A stretch of DNA of 38,609 bases from Bacteroidales bacterium (GCA_007131125.1 SLRE01000107.1:1-38609); one strand, 5' to 3'. Positions 27,350 to 36,764 are shown, counted from the first letter of the stretch. The notes: a model not told the origin generated them from the letters alone. Numbers and translations are program-made.

Positions 27350-28759
27350 TTAAATTTTGCTCAGGTCAATGTTAAATGTTGTAGGTTCTTTACTGTTGCA
27401 ATGCAGCATGCACTGGTCACAAATAGAAAGCTCTCCTTTTAGGCGTTTTTCCACCAGGTGGTCCATACGGTCCCTGAGGGCTTCAATGGAAATTTTCTGC
27501 ACCACTTCCATGGCAAAAGCATACATCATAAGCTGACGGGCCGACCTTTCGGAAATTCCCCTGGAACGCATGTAAAACATGGCCTGGGGGTCGAGCTGCC
27601 CAACAGTAGCACCATGGCTGCACTTTACATCATCGGCATAAATTTCGAGATGGGGCTGGGTATTGGCTTTGGCCTCATCGGTGAGCAAAATGTTTTTGTT
27701 GTTCTGGTGGGCAATGGTTTTCTGGGCTTCTCTCCTCACCAGTACTTTCCCGCTGAAAACCGCCCGGGCCTCATCATCCAGTATGCCTTTAAACAGCTGG
27801 TCGCTGTAGGAGCCGGGTGCTTCATGATCAATAAACAAATGATTGTCAACATGCTGGTTGCTGTCGACCAGGTACAGCCCGTTGTGTTCCGAATGGCAAT
27901 TGCTTTCCTTGATGGAAGCATCCATGATGTTCCTGGTAAACCCACCGTTAAGGGTGATGGCATGGGTGGTAAGACGGGAGTCCTTTTTTTGCTGAAAATA
28001 GGAGGATGTAATCAGTGCGGAGTTCCTTCCTTTGTTTTGTATCATGTAGTGCTCAACATCTGCATTATCTTCCGCAAAAAGCTCTACTACCGAGTTGGTA
28101 AAACTGATATTATGGGTAAGGGAATGGTCGCACTGAACAATGGTAACCCCGGCGTTTTTCCCGGCTACAATCAGGTGGCGTGGCTGCAGAAAGACCGGAT
28201 GTTCCGAATCTACAATATTGATAAGCTGAATAGGCTTTTCAACTTTTATGCCTTCCGGAACGTAGATAAACAATCCGTCCTGCATAAAGGCAGTATTTAA
28301 AGCGGTAAGTCCTGCCTGTTCCGGCTTGGCGGCCTTCCCAATGTACTGGTCCACCAGGTCGGGATAAACTTCCATGGCTTTTGCCAGGCTGCCAATGATG
28401 GTTCCGTTCGAAAGCCTTGTAAGGGCGGCATTCTGGTAAACAAACCAGCCGTTATAAAGTGTAACGCTAAAGGTATCAAGGTCGTAAACATCACAGGTGA
28501 ATATTTTTTCAATATCCATGCTGCGGCTCTGGTTGCTGAAGTCAAACTCAAATTCGGTTTTCAGCAGGGGGGTGAGGTCAGTAAACCTCCATGATTCAAG
28601 CCCGGTTGTTGGGAAGCCCAGCTTTCTGAACATGGAAAGTGCATTTTTTCGCATGCGGTTCACCAAAGGGGTGGACGGGCCTTTAATGGCTTCCTGGTTT
28701 TCTTCAAACAAGGCCAGCAGCCTTTCTTTCAGGGGCAATGTATTGGTACTGGTATCCAT
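27350..28759 (-). CDS. sufD: Fe-S cluster assembly protein SufD
   Basis: A beta-helix core with the conserved block NQHVDNHLFIDHEAPGSYSDQLFKGIL...KTIAHQNNKNILL...PHLEIYADDVKCSHGATVGQLD. The ATG at 28759 is preferred over the TTG at 28774. The C-terminal tail carries CDQCMLHC. Confidence 0.92.
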   Translation of the reverse strand: MDTSTNTLPLKERLLALFEENQEAIKGPSTPLVNRMRKNALSMFRKLGFPTTGLESWRFTDLTPLLKTEFEFDFSNQSRSMDIEKIFTCDVYDLDTFSVTLYNGWFVYQNAALTRLSNGTIIGSLAKAMEVYPDLVDQYIGKAAKPEQAGLTALNTAFMQDGLFIYVPEGIKVEKPIQLINIVDSEHPVFLQPRHLIVAGKNAGVTIVQCDHSLTHNISFTNSVVELFAEDNADVEHYMIQNKGRNSALITSSYFQQKKDSRLTTHAITLNGGFTRNIMDASIKESNCHSEHNGLYLVDSNQHVDNHLFIDHEAPGSYSDQLFKGILDDEARAVFSGKVLVRREAQKTIAHQNNKNILLTDEAKANTQPHLEIYADDVKCSHGATVGQLDPQAMFYMRSRGISERSARQLMMYAFAMEVVQKISIEALRDRMDHLVEKRLKGELSICDQCMLHCNSKEPTTFNIDLSKI

Positions 28760-28808
28760 AATTCTTTCGCTCAAAAAAAATATGAGTAAAATGATGGGAA
28801 AAAAAGGA

Positions 28809-29573
28809 TTAGCCCTGGATCTGCGCCCCGGCTTCCTTTTTTACCCAATCGTAACCTTTGCTTTCCAGCTCAAGGGCTAATTCTTTTCCGCCGCTTTTTA
28901 CGATGCGACCTTCGTACAGCACATGCACATAATCGGGGATGATGTAATCGAGCAGGCGCTGGTAGTGGGTAATGACAATGGTTGCATTGTCTTTACGGCG
29001 AAGCTTGTTCACTCCGTTGGCAACCACCTTCAGGGCATCAATATCCAGCCCTGAATCGGTTTCGTCAAGGATGGCCAAACGTGGTTCCAGCAGGGCCATT
29101 TGGAAAATTTCGTTCTTTTTTTTCTCTCCCCCCGAAAAACCTTCATTAACGGAACGGTTGGTGAGCTTGGACTGAATGTCCACCAGCTTTTTCTTTTCCT
29201 CCATGAGTTTAAGAAACTCAGCCCCGGACAAAGGCTCCAGCCCCAGGTGTTTGCGTTTTTCGTTGATGGCGGTACGCATGAAGTTGGCAATGCTTACCCC
29301 CGGGATTTCCACAGGATATTGAAATCCCATAAAAATGCCTTCCCTGGCCCGGGTTTCAGGGTTCATATCCATAAGGTTCTGGTCGCGATAAAGGATCTCT
29401 CCCTTGTCAATATCAAAAGTATCGCGACCCGCGACTACAGAAGCCAGGGTGCTTTTTCCCGACCCGTTGGGTCCCATAATGGCGTGCACTTCGCCTTCTT
29501 TTACCTCAAGGTCAAGGTCTTTGAGGATCAATTTTCCGTTAATAGATACCTGAAGATTTTTTATGCTTAACAT
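28809..29573 (-). CDS. sufC: Fe-S cluster assembly ATPase SufC
   Basis: Walker A GPNGSGKST, ABC signature FSGGEKK, Walker B LAILDETDSGLD. Confidence 0.97.
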   Translation of the reverse strand: MLSIKNLQVSINGKLILKDLDLEVKEGEVHAIMGPNGSGKSTLASVVAGRDTFDIDKGEILYRDQNLMDMNPETRAREGIFMGFQYPVEIPGVSIANFMRTAINEKRKHLGLEPLSGAEFLKLMEEKKKLVDIQSKLTNRSVNEGFSGGEKKKNEIFQMALLEPRLAILDETDSGLDIDALKVVANGVNKLRRKDNATIVITHYQRLLDYIIPDYVHVLYEGRIVKSGGKELALELESKGYDWVKKEAGAQIQG

Positions 29574-29605
29574 GAATTATAAAATTTGTTTTTCTTGAAT
29601 ACTGA

Positions 29606-31060
29606 TTAACCTACACTGCCTTCCAGGCTGATGGAAAGGAGTTTCTGTGCTTCAACGGCAAACTCCATGGGAAGCTTGCTGAGCACTTCCTTGGCATATC
29701 CGTTTACAATAAGCCCGATAGCACTTTCCATATCAATGCCCCGCTGAAGGCAATAAAACAACTGGTCTTCTGATATTTTGGAGGTGGTGGCCTCATGCTC
29801 AACCACAGAGGATCTGTTGCCCACCTCCAGGTAAGGGAAGGTATGTGCCCCGCATTGATCGCCCAGCAGCAGGGAGTCGCACTGTGAAAAATTCCTTGCA
29901 TTTTCTGCATTGCGGGTGGTTTTTACCAGGCCCCTGTAACTGTTGTTGCTTCGGCCTGCAGAAATACCCTTGCTGATGATGGTGCTGCGGGTGTTTTTTC
30001 CAAGGTGGATCATTTTGGTACCCGTGTCGGCCTGCTGCATGTTGTTGGTAACGGCTACCGAATAAAATTCCCCGGTGGTGTTGTTTCCTTTGAGGATGAG
30101 GCTTGGATACTTCCAGGTAATGGCCGAGCCGGTTTCCACCTGGGTCCAGGAAATTTTGGAGTTGTCTCCTTCGCATATTCCCCTTTTGGTAACAAAGTTG
30201 TAAACGCCACCTTTTCCATGTTTGTCGCCGGGCCACCAGTTCTGCACGGTAGAGTATTTTACTTCTGCATCTTTATGGGCAATGATTTCCACAATGGCTG
30301 CATGCAGTTGGTTTTCGTCACGCATTGGAGCTGTACAGCCTTCCATGTAGCTCACATAGCTGCCTTCTTCGGCCACAATCAGGGTGCGTTCAAACTGCCC
30401 GGTATTGGCTGCATTGATGCGGAAATAGGTGGAGAGTTCAAGGGGGCATTTCACCCCTTTGGGAATATAAACGAAAGAGCCGTCGCTAAAGACCGCGCAG
30501 TTCAATGCGGCAAAAAAATTATCAGTGTAAGGAACCACCGTTCCCAGGTATTTTTTTACCAGGTCGGGATGTTTTTGCACGGCTTCACTGAATGAGCAAA
30601 AAATGATGCCTTTTTCGGCAAGGGTTTCCCTGAAAGTGGTGGCCACCGAAACACTATCCATTACGGCATCAACGGCTACTCCGGCGAGCATTTTTTGCTC
30701 TTCCAGTGGGATGCCGAGTTTGTCGAAGGTCTCCAGCAGTTCAGGGTCCACTTCGTCCAGGCTTTCGTACTGGGGTTTTTTACGGGGAGCAGAAAAGTAG
30801 ATGATGTCCTGGTAATCGATAGGGGGGTAATCCACATGCGCCCAGTCCGGTTCCTTGAGGGTTTTCCAGTGGCGGAAAGCCTTCAGGCGAAACTCCAGCA
30901 TGAACTCCGGTTCGTTTTTCTTTGCAGAGATAAACCTCACCGTGTCCTCGTTAAGCCCTTTGGGTGCCTGGTCTGCCTCAATGTCGGTATAAAACCCGTA
31001 TTTATATTCCGACCCGGTTACTTCATCCAGTATGTGATTATTTTTATTTTTTTCTTCCAT
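29606..31060 (-). CDS. sufB: Fe-S cluster assembly scaffold protein SufB
   Basis: The 484-aa product has highly conserved SufB blocks ([54 protein letters not shown]). Confidence 0.97.
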   Translation of the reverse strand: MEEKNKNNHILDEVTGSEYKYGFYTDIEADQAPKGLNEDTVRFISAKKNEPEFMLEFRLKAFRHWKTLKEPDWAHVDYPPIDYQDIIYFSAPRKKPQYESLDEVDPELLETFDKLGIPLEEQKMLAGVAVDAVMDSVSVATTFRETLAEKGIIFCSFSEAVQKHPDLVKKYLGTVVPYTDNFFAALNCAVFSDGSFVYIPKGVKCPLELSTYFRINAANTGQFERTLIVAEEGSYVSYMEGCTAPMRDENQLHAAIVEIIAHKDAEVKYSTVQNWWPGDKHGKGGVYNFVTKRGICEGDNSKISWTQVETGSAITWKYPSLILKGNNTTGEFYSVAVTNNMQQADTGTKMIHLGKNTRSTIISKGISAGRSNNSYRGLVKTTRNAENARNFSQCDSLLLGDQCGAHTFPYLEVGNRSSVVEHEATTSKISEDQLFYCLQRGIDMESAIGLIVNGYAKEVLSKLPMEFAVEAQKLLSISLEGSVG

Positions 31061-31170
31061 TCAAAAAAGAAGTGGTTTCCGGTTAATGAATTAGTTATTA
31101 AGCATTTGTATTGTTTTTGACAGAATCAAAAAAACCCAAAACTTATTTAGATTAAATTTAAATTAATTTG

Positions 31171-31178
31171 CAAATATA
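31171..31178 (-). promoter_or_regulatory. Candidate -7 promoter box for the suf operon
   Basis: Plus-strand CAAATATA is TATATTTG on the minus strand, about 110 nt upstream of the sufB ATG. A TTTG lies 20 nt further upstream. The box is embedded in the repeated decamer TTGCAAATAT. Confidence 0.35.
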
Positions 31179-31279
31179 GTAAACATGCCCTTCTTATTCA
31201 AATCATTGCAAATATTTAAGTTTTTCCGAAAGCAGCTATAAATGCTGCTCTCAGGCGGCATTTCCCGGGTTCTTGTAAT

Positions 31280-32308
31280 CTAAACCGGCAAAAGGGTGGA
31301 GGCATCACCCACAACTTCCAGGCCTGCATTTTTTCCCTGTCCTTTATAGATGATTTCCCCATTGGCATTGGTTAACTCAACATCAATCAGGGAGTCGAGG
31401 CTTTCGTGTATCACCCTTCCCATGTTGCCAAGCATGGGGGCTTTCAGGCTTCCTTTGGCTCCTTTTTTCCCCTGGATGTTAAGTGAAAACCCCTTCCCGT
31501 TCAGGCTCAGTTCAAGGTAGTTGTCATTGTGTTCAATTCGGTTAATCCTTGCATGGTTGTAGGTTGCAAAGTGGTATATTTTTCCTTTATGCAGGAAAAA
31601 CCCTAGGAAACCTGTGAACTTTTTCCCAACCCATGGGATGGAAGCAACCGATAGCATCAGGGAAGTTTTCGGGGTTTCGAAATGGTTGGTTTGCATCCAT
31701 ATCCATGATTTGGGCATTGAAGCTCCCCAGTCCTTTTCGATGTAGCCTTTTCCCTGCGAAAAATCACATTCCGTTTCGTTAATCATCAGGCCGCCATTTA
31801 TCATATGGTCCATACTTACCACCCCGTGGTAACACTCCATAAAAGGCACATACCGGTACCAGCCCATGATGCCGGGTGTTTTAAGCGATACGGGGAAATA
31901 CACCTGCTCATCAAATTTTAGTTCTCCTTTAAAACTGCCCTTATCAGAGTAAAGGTCGAGCTTAATTCCTTTATCAGAAAAATAATTGTTGCCGATGGCT
32001 GCTTCAAAACTGTTCCTGGAAAATGAAAAGTCCTCAAGCGGATACCTGAAATACCATGTTTTACCAGTTTTGCCGTTGATGGCCTGAACGAAAGCATGCC
32101 GGTCTCCTTTGTGCAGGGAAACACCCGGAATAAAAGCCCATGAGTGGTCTCCCTTTTGGCTGACAACTTTGATATACCAGCCCTCAAAATAATTTTTTCT
32201 CTTCAGGTTTCCCTGAAACCATGGAGGGTTCCAGACTTTTTTAAGGTCATAAACTCCCGGTAAAGCCGGAGCGCCTGATTGCTTGTATTTTCCGGAAAAT
32301 TTATTCAT
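31280..32308 (-). CDS. Tocopherol cyclase (VTE1) family protein
   Basis: KNYFEGWYIKVVS matches plant VTE1 FFEGWYFKVS. GWYRYVPFMECYHGVVS matches the VTE1 P.FEPHWQI region. YIEKDWGASMPKSWIWMQTNHFE matches VTE1 [23 protein letters not shown]. The ATG at 32308 (MNKFSGKY...) is preferred over the TTG at 32389. Confidence 0.8.
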   Translation of the reverse strand: MNKFSGKYKQSGAPALPGVYDLKKVWNPPWFQGNLKRKNYFEGWYIKVVSQKGDHSWAFIPGVSLHKGDRHAFVQAINGKTGKTWYFRYPLEDFSFSRNSFEAAIGNNYFSDKGIKLDLYSDKGSFKGELKFDEQVYFPVSLKTPGIMGWYRYVPFMECYHGVVSMDHMINGGLMINETECDFSQGKGYIEKDWGASMPKSWIWMQTNHFETPKTSLMLSVASIPWVGKKFTGFLGFFLHKGKIYHFATYNHARINRIEHNDNYLELSLNGKGFSLNIQGKKGAKGSLKAPMLGNMGRVIHESLDSLIDVELTNANGEIIYKGQGKNAGLEVVGDASTLLPV

Positions 32309-32727
32309 AACTTTTCTGGTATCGCGTAAAAAGGACTCAACAAGAGAACAAGTAATTTCATCAGAATGTTTTATGCCGGGAGGGAACAATCCCTTCCATG
32401 CAGGTTTTTCTCTTTTGCCGGTTTTCTGCCTTTTGCCGAAGCTTTCAAAACAGGAAAAGGGATGGAAAACAAAATTATTACATATTTAGCAAAATTGGTT
32501 TTTAATGGGCATGGATTTTTCCCTGCTTTTTCTGTTGGCGCTTTTTTGGCTCAAGCAATGTCAAAGCCCTGAAAGAAGGTAGTATCCGGATAGGAACCGC
32601 GGGGTCAGTTGGCTGGAAGTGGTTGACTTCAGAAAGGTTTTGACAAAGTTAACCTCATCCGGAAAATGTGTATTTGTCCAGGGTCCATCCAGCGATTGGC
32701 CCGTTAATCAATAAAAAAATGCCCGGG

Positions 32728-32949
32728 TCAGGGTTTTTCCTTTTTGTTCTCTTCCCGGTTAAGGTCTTCCAGGATATTTTTTACCTCCTGTTCGGTAATA
32801 TGGAGGGCCGTTTTGCAAATGCTGATAAGCTCAGAGGCCCGTTTAACCTTTCTGGAAAGTTCTTCCACTGAAACATTTTCATTTTCCAGCTCGCTGACGA
32901 TGTTTTCCAGTTCTTCTATGGCCTGGGAATAATTGGGGTTTTTACTCAT
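32728..32949 (-). CDS. xseB: Exodeoxyribonuclease VII small subunit
   Basis: The 73-aa helical protein YSQAIEELENIVSELENENVSVEEL... is typical XseB. It overlaps the xseA stop by 8 nt. Confidence 0.9.
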   Translation of the reverse strand: MSKNPNYSQAIEELENIVSELENENVSVEELSRKVKRASELISICKTALHITEQEVKNILEDLNREENKKEKP

Positions 32950-34198
32950 GGGTTTGGTTTTTTTTTACAATACTTTCCAGTTGGCCTTCGTGCAGGCGTG
33001 TGGTGATAAGGTCCCCATCCTTAACTTCATTGGGCTTCCTCAAAGGTTTTCCGTTGAGAGAAGTGATGGAGTAACCCCTTTTAAGAATTTCTTCGGGATT
33101 GAGCAGCCTCAGCTGATGGGTGCGGTGCAAAAGGTTTGCCGAAGCTTTTTCAAGCAGTGCCCTGCTGCCGACACCGAGCATAATTTGAAGATTCTTCACC
33201 CGGTAATGGTCCTTTTCAAGTGTTTGAGCGGCAATTGACTTCATCTGGGCAGCGGTGGCATGCAGGTGATGTTTTTCGTAATCCAGCACCTGGTTTGCTT
33301 TTTCAAAAATCCTGTCGCGGGCTTTTGATGTGCGCAGGTCAAACTCCTGGAAGCGTCCCAGCAGAAAATACGCCACATCGGTGGGGGTTACCTTATTTTC
33401 CCAGGCCACCATTTCGGCGATGGTTTCGTTGGTGGCGTGTCCGATTCCTGTTATAACCGGAATGGGGAAAGTGGCGATTTCCCGGGCCAGGGTATAGTTG
33501 TCGTAGCAGTTTAATCCGACATCTCCGCCCCCACCGCGGATAAGCGCTACCAGGTCAAACAGCCCGTGCTTTTTACGGATACGGCGCAGCCCGCCCATGA
33601 TGCTTTCCACGGCCTTGTCGCCCTGGAGAACAGCCGGGAAGAGGTGATGCCACAGCCCGAAAGATTGTTTGTAGCCGTCAAGAATTTTCAGGAAGTCATG
33701 ATACCCTTTGCTGGTTTCCACCGAAACCACGGCCACCCTTCTGGGCAGCAGGGGCATGGGGAGGGATTTGTTCCTGTCAAAAATGCCTTCTTCCCTGAGT
33801 CTTTCCAGGTTTTTCATTTTCTCATGGGCCATCTGCCCCAGGGTAAAAGAGGGTTCTACCTGATGTATTTGCAGGGACAGGCCGTAAACCGGGTGAAAGG
33901 TAACGCTGGTTTGAAAAAGTATGGCCATCCCTTCCCTTAGGGGTTCTCCGGTTACTTCGAGAAATTGGCGGTTTATCTGCCGGAAGTCTCCTGCCCATAT
34001 CAAAGCCCGCATCTGGGCCATAATCTGGTCGCCGGTTTTTTCCACAAGGTCGGGATAGCAGTGGCCGCTGCGGGGGTAATGGTTTAGTTTGGCCACCTCG
34101 GCTTTTACCCAGTAAGTTGATGCATAAGCCCTTTCAATAACAGACCTCAGGCTTTTGGCCAGGTCGGTAAGAGAATAAATCTTACGTGGCTCCTCCAT
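32942..34198 (-). CDS. xseA: Exodeoxyribonuclease VII large subunit
   Basis: An N-terminal OB fold (VKAEVAKLNHYPRSGHCYPDLVE) is followed by the catalytic core (RVAVVSVETSKGYHDF, LIRGGGG, PVITGIGHATNETIAEMVA). Confidence 0.95.
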   Translation of the reverse strand: MEEPRKIYSLTDLAKSLRSVIERAYASTYWVKAEVAKLNHYPRSGHCYPDLVEKTGDQIMAQMRALIWAGDFRQINRQFLEVTGEPLREGMAILFQTSVTFHPVYGLSLQIHQVEPSFTLGQMAHEKMKNLERLREEGIFDRNKSLPMPLLPRRVAVVSVETSKGYHDFLKILDGYKQSFGLWHHLFPAVLQGDKAVESIMGGLRRIRKKHGLFDLVALIRGGGGDVGLNCYDNYTLAREIATFPIPVITGIGHATNETIAEMVAWENKVTPTDVAYFLLGRFQEFDLRTSKARDRIFEKANQVLDYEKHHLHATAAQMKSIAAQTLEKDHYRVKNLQIMLGVGSRALLEKASANLLHRTHQLRLLNPEEILKRGYSITSLNGKPLRKPNEVKDGDLITTRLHEGQLESIVKKNQTHE

Positions 34199-34227
34199 AG
34201 CAGTAGGGAAAAAAGACTTTGAGAACG

Positions 34228-34258
34228 AAAAAATGCCGGAAACCTTACCGGCATTTTT
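34228..34258 (-). terminator. Rho-independent terminator after the response-regulator gene
   Basis: 7-bp stem ATGCCGG (34233-34239) / CCGGCAT (34248-34254) with an 8-nt loop. An A6 run flanks one side and a T5 run the other. On the minus strand the hairpin is followed by T6. Confidence 0.6.
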
Positions 34259-34320
34259 ATTGCTAAGATAGGAAAATTATTTTTTGGGATTAAAAAGAAA
34301 AATCGTGTTCAGTAAAAAAA

Positions 34321-35034
34321 TCAGGCTTCCTCTTCCTGTATGATAAGCAGTTTAAATCCTTTGCCATGTACATTGAGCAGTTCTACGTTGGGGTCGTCTT
34401 TGAGGTATTTGCGCAGTTTTGCAATGTACACGTCCATGCTACGTGCATTAAAATAATTGTCGTCCAGCCAGATTTTTTTCAGGGCTTCTGAGCGGTCAAG
34501 AACATCGTTGGTTCGGTCGCAAAGCATTTTAAGCAACTGGGCTTCCTTTGAGGTAAGTTTTTGCTCTTCATCACCCAGCTTCAGTATCTGGCGGGCAAAG
34601 TCGAAAGTATATTTCCCGATATGGAAAAAAGTTTTTTCGGAATCCATGCTTTGGTCCGGATAGGTCCTTCGGTATATGGCGTTGATGCGCAGCAGCAGCT
34701 CTTCCATGCTGAAAGGTTTGGTAAGGTAGTCGTCTGCGCCGATTTTGAGCCCTTCCAGGATATCTTCCTGCATGGTTTTGGCGGTGAGAAAAAGAATGGG
34801 GATTTTTTTGTCCACCTTGCGAATTTCCCGGGCTACGGTAAATCCGTCTTTTTTGGGCATCATCACATCCAGTATCACGAAGTTAAAACTTTCCTTCATG
34901 TAGGTGTTGTAAGCATCCTCCCCGTTAATGCACAGATGTGTGGGAAACCCTTTGGCTTCAAGGTATGCTTTTAAAATGGTACCCAGGTTGGGGTCGTCTT
35001 CTGCCAGTAAAATCTTGATCTTCGGTTTATCCAT
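34321..35034 (-). CDS. OmpR/PhoB-family response regulator (RprY-like)
   Basis: The receiver domain is KILLAEDDPNLG...ILDVMMPKKDGF...LTAK. The winged-helix output domain is LTSKEAQLLKML...RSMDVYIAKLRKYL. Confidence 0.95.
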   Translation of the reverse strand: MDKPKIKILLAEDDPNLGTILKAYLEAKGFPTHLCINGEDAYNTYMKESFNFVILDVMMPKKDGFTVAREIRKVDKKIPILFLTAKTMQEDILEGLKIGADDYLTKPFSMEELLLRINAIYRRTYPDQSMDSEKTFFHIGKYTFDFARQILKLGDEEQKLTSKEAQLLKMLCDRTNDVLDRSEALKKIWLDDNYFNARSMDVYIAKLRKYLKDDPNVELLNVHGKGFKLLIIQEEEA

Positions 35035-35054
35035 AAGTTCTCCTCCTTCTTTTT

Positions 35055-36677
35055 CTATTTCTTAGGGTTTTCTTCATGCCCATTAAAGCCAAAGGGGATA
35101 AAAATGCTGAAACGGGATCCTTTATTGGGTTCGCTTTCAAGGGTAACATATCCACCGTGCTGCTCAGAAATGGCCTTAACGTAGCTCAAACCCAGCCCAA
35201 ATCCTTTCACATTATGAATATTTCCTGTAGAAACCCGGTACAAGTTATCAAAAATTTTCTTTTGATCGGCACGATTTATTCCAATTCCATTATCCTGCAC
35301 ATGTACCATTATTCCTTTGCTGGTATTTTCGGTACTTACCACAATTCTTGGACTGTTGGGGGTGTATTTGTTGGCGTTGTCCAGCAGATTGAATATTACA
35401 TTGGTTAGATGCACTCTGTCGGCCTCAATAAAGCTGTATTCAGCATCAAGTTTTTCAATGATCTCTCCATGATTGGCTTTCACCTGCAACCCGATTTTCG
35501 AAATGGCGTTCCTGATTATTTCATGCAGGTCCAGGCCGGTAATGTTCAGCCTTATCCTTCCTTTATCAATCAGTGCGGTTTGCAATACTTTTTCAGTCAT
35601 ATTGCCCAGCCGTTTGTTTTCTTCATTTATCACATTGATATAGCTTTGATAAAGGGTTTCAGACTTTTGTACATCATGGTCGCTCAATGCCTGGCAGGCC
35701 AGGGATATGGTTGATATGGGTGTTTTGAGCTCATGGGTCATGTTGTTGATAAAGTCATTTTTCATCACCGAGAGTTTCTTTTGCCGGATAATGGTCATGA
35801 TGGTAAAGGCAAAAGAAGTAATGATAACCAGAATAAGGATGGTTGATGTGCCCACCATGGCATTCATCTGGGAAAAAATAAACCTTTTCTGCTGCGGGAA
35901 ATACATCAGCAGGTATTCGGGGTTCAGAAAAATATCATTGGGAAACAGGCTGAAAACATACTGGCTTTCAAGGAGCTTTTCGGGATAGTTTCCGGTTTTC
36001 TGATTAACCAGGGCGCCGAAGGCCGGGTTGTAAACCCCGAACTCGTATGTGGTGTTAATGCCTTGTCTTTGCAACTCCGCTCCGATCAGGGAATCCAGGG
36101 TTTGAGCGCCTTTTTCACCGGTTACCTGGAAGGAAAACCGGTTGGAAAACAGGTCGTCGAACAGGTCGTTGATGATCTTACTTCTCTCAAAGAACAGGCT
36201 GAAAGGGTCATCCTGTCTACTTTGGTCGGGCCCGGGGAGATAACCTCCCGGGTTTCTGTTTGTGAAATCTGCAGCCGTGAAGCTGGTGTCAAAAACTTCA
36301 GGAACCGGGTTGCCTCCCTGGAAGCGGATATTTAATTCAAATTCCTGTTGAGAAAAGAAACCACTGGTGTCATCATCCTGGATTTCGGAAAAACTGCCGC
36401 TGATCAGTTGGTTGTAGTAGGCGCTGTGCAGGGAGTCAAGCATATTGAAGAACTGGGTCATTTGATGGTTTTTCTCCTGTTCCATCATCAGCTTTCGGGC
36501 CAGTTCTATTTTGTTGAATTTGTAAACTGCCCTGGAAACGGCTTCCCCAACACCCCTGTCGAAGTTCACCTCTTTTACCGCAACGGCGTTACGGATCCAG
36601 TATAATTGTATGCCAACCAACCCAAGCAGGGAAACGGTGATGGCAATAACAATCATTATGATGAATTTCTTTTTCAT
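35055..36677 (-). CDS. Sensor histidine kinase (RprX-like), two TM segments with a large periplasmic domain
   Basis: H-box FINNMTHELKTPISTI, N-box NLLDNANKYT, G1 DNGIGI, G2 GFGLGLSYV. The stop lies 20 nt upstream of the response-regulator start. Confidence 0.93.
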   Translation of the reverse strand: MKKKFIIMIVIAITVSLLGLVGIQLYWIRNAVAVKEVNFDRGVGEAVSRAVYKFNKIELARKLMMEQEKNHQMTQFFNMLDSLHSAYYNQLISGSFSEIQDDDTSGFFSQQEFELNIRFQGGNPVPEVFDTSFTAADFTNRNPGGYLPGPDQSRQDDPFSLFFERSKIINDLFDDLFSNRFSFQVTGEKGAQTLDSLIGAELQRQGINTTYEFGVYNPAFGALVNQKTGNYPEKLLESQYVFSLFPNDIFLNPEYLLMYFPQQKRFIFSQMNAMVGTSTILILVIITSFAFTIMTIIRQKKLSVMKNDFINNMTHELKTPISTISLACQALSDHDVQKSETLYQSYINVINEENKRLGNMTEKVLQTALIDKGRIRLNITGLDLHEIIRNAISKIGLQVKANHGEIIEKLDAEYSFIEADRVHLTNVIFNLLDNANKYTPNSPRIVVSTENTSKGIMVHVQDNGIGINRADQKKIFDNLYRVSTGNIHNVKGFGLGLSYVKAISEQHGGYVTLESEPNKGSRFSIFIPFGFNGHEENPKK

Positions 36678-36745
36678 GTAAAATCAGGCTAAGGTTTTTC
36701 TGTTCAGGCCATGCAGGCGTATTGGCCGGGGCTGAAACAATATTA

Positions 36746-36753
36746 CAAAAGTA
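36746..36753 (-). promoter_or_regulatory. Candidate -7 promoter box for the histidine kinase/response regulator operon
   Basis: Plus-strand CAAAAGTA is TACTTTTG on the minus strand, 69 nt upstream of the ATG at 36677. Confidence 0.4.
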
Positions 36754-36764
36754 ACCCTCAAATG

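Noticed and set aside
26429-27442. A 337-aa ORF on the plus strand, the longest unexplained ORF in the track
   Set aside because: It lies entirely antisense to the strongly supported sufS gene. The translation is low-complexity (F/G/H/V-rich) with no recognisable motif and no promoter box. Long antisense frames are expected opposite highly conserved genes whose codon usage avoids the complements of stop codons.
27458-28300. A 280-aa plus-strand ORF, with similar ones at 30005..30595, 8024..8686 and 3771..4337
   Set aside because: All are antisense shadows of well-supported genes (sufD, sufB, cyanophycinase, T9SS cargo). None has motifs, a signal sequence or a plausible start context.
32309-32389. 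A TTG-initiated 27-codon extension of the tocopherol cyclase homologue
   Set aside because: The extension (MFPPGIKHSDEITCSL...) has no counterpart in the family. The TTG sits inside a predicted hairpin. The ATG at 32308 is a cleaner start. This remains uncertain.
32366-32572. Two overlapping 68-aa plus-strand ORFs (32283..32489 and 32366..32572) in the xseB/cyclase intergenic region
   Set aside because: They are short and F/L/A-rich, have no start context, and one overlaps the 5' end of the cyclase homologue in antisense. I treated the region as non-coding.
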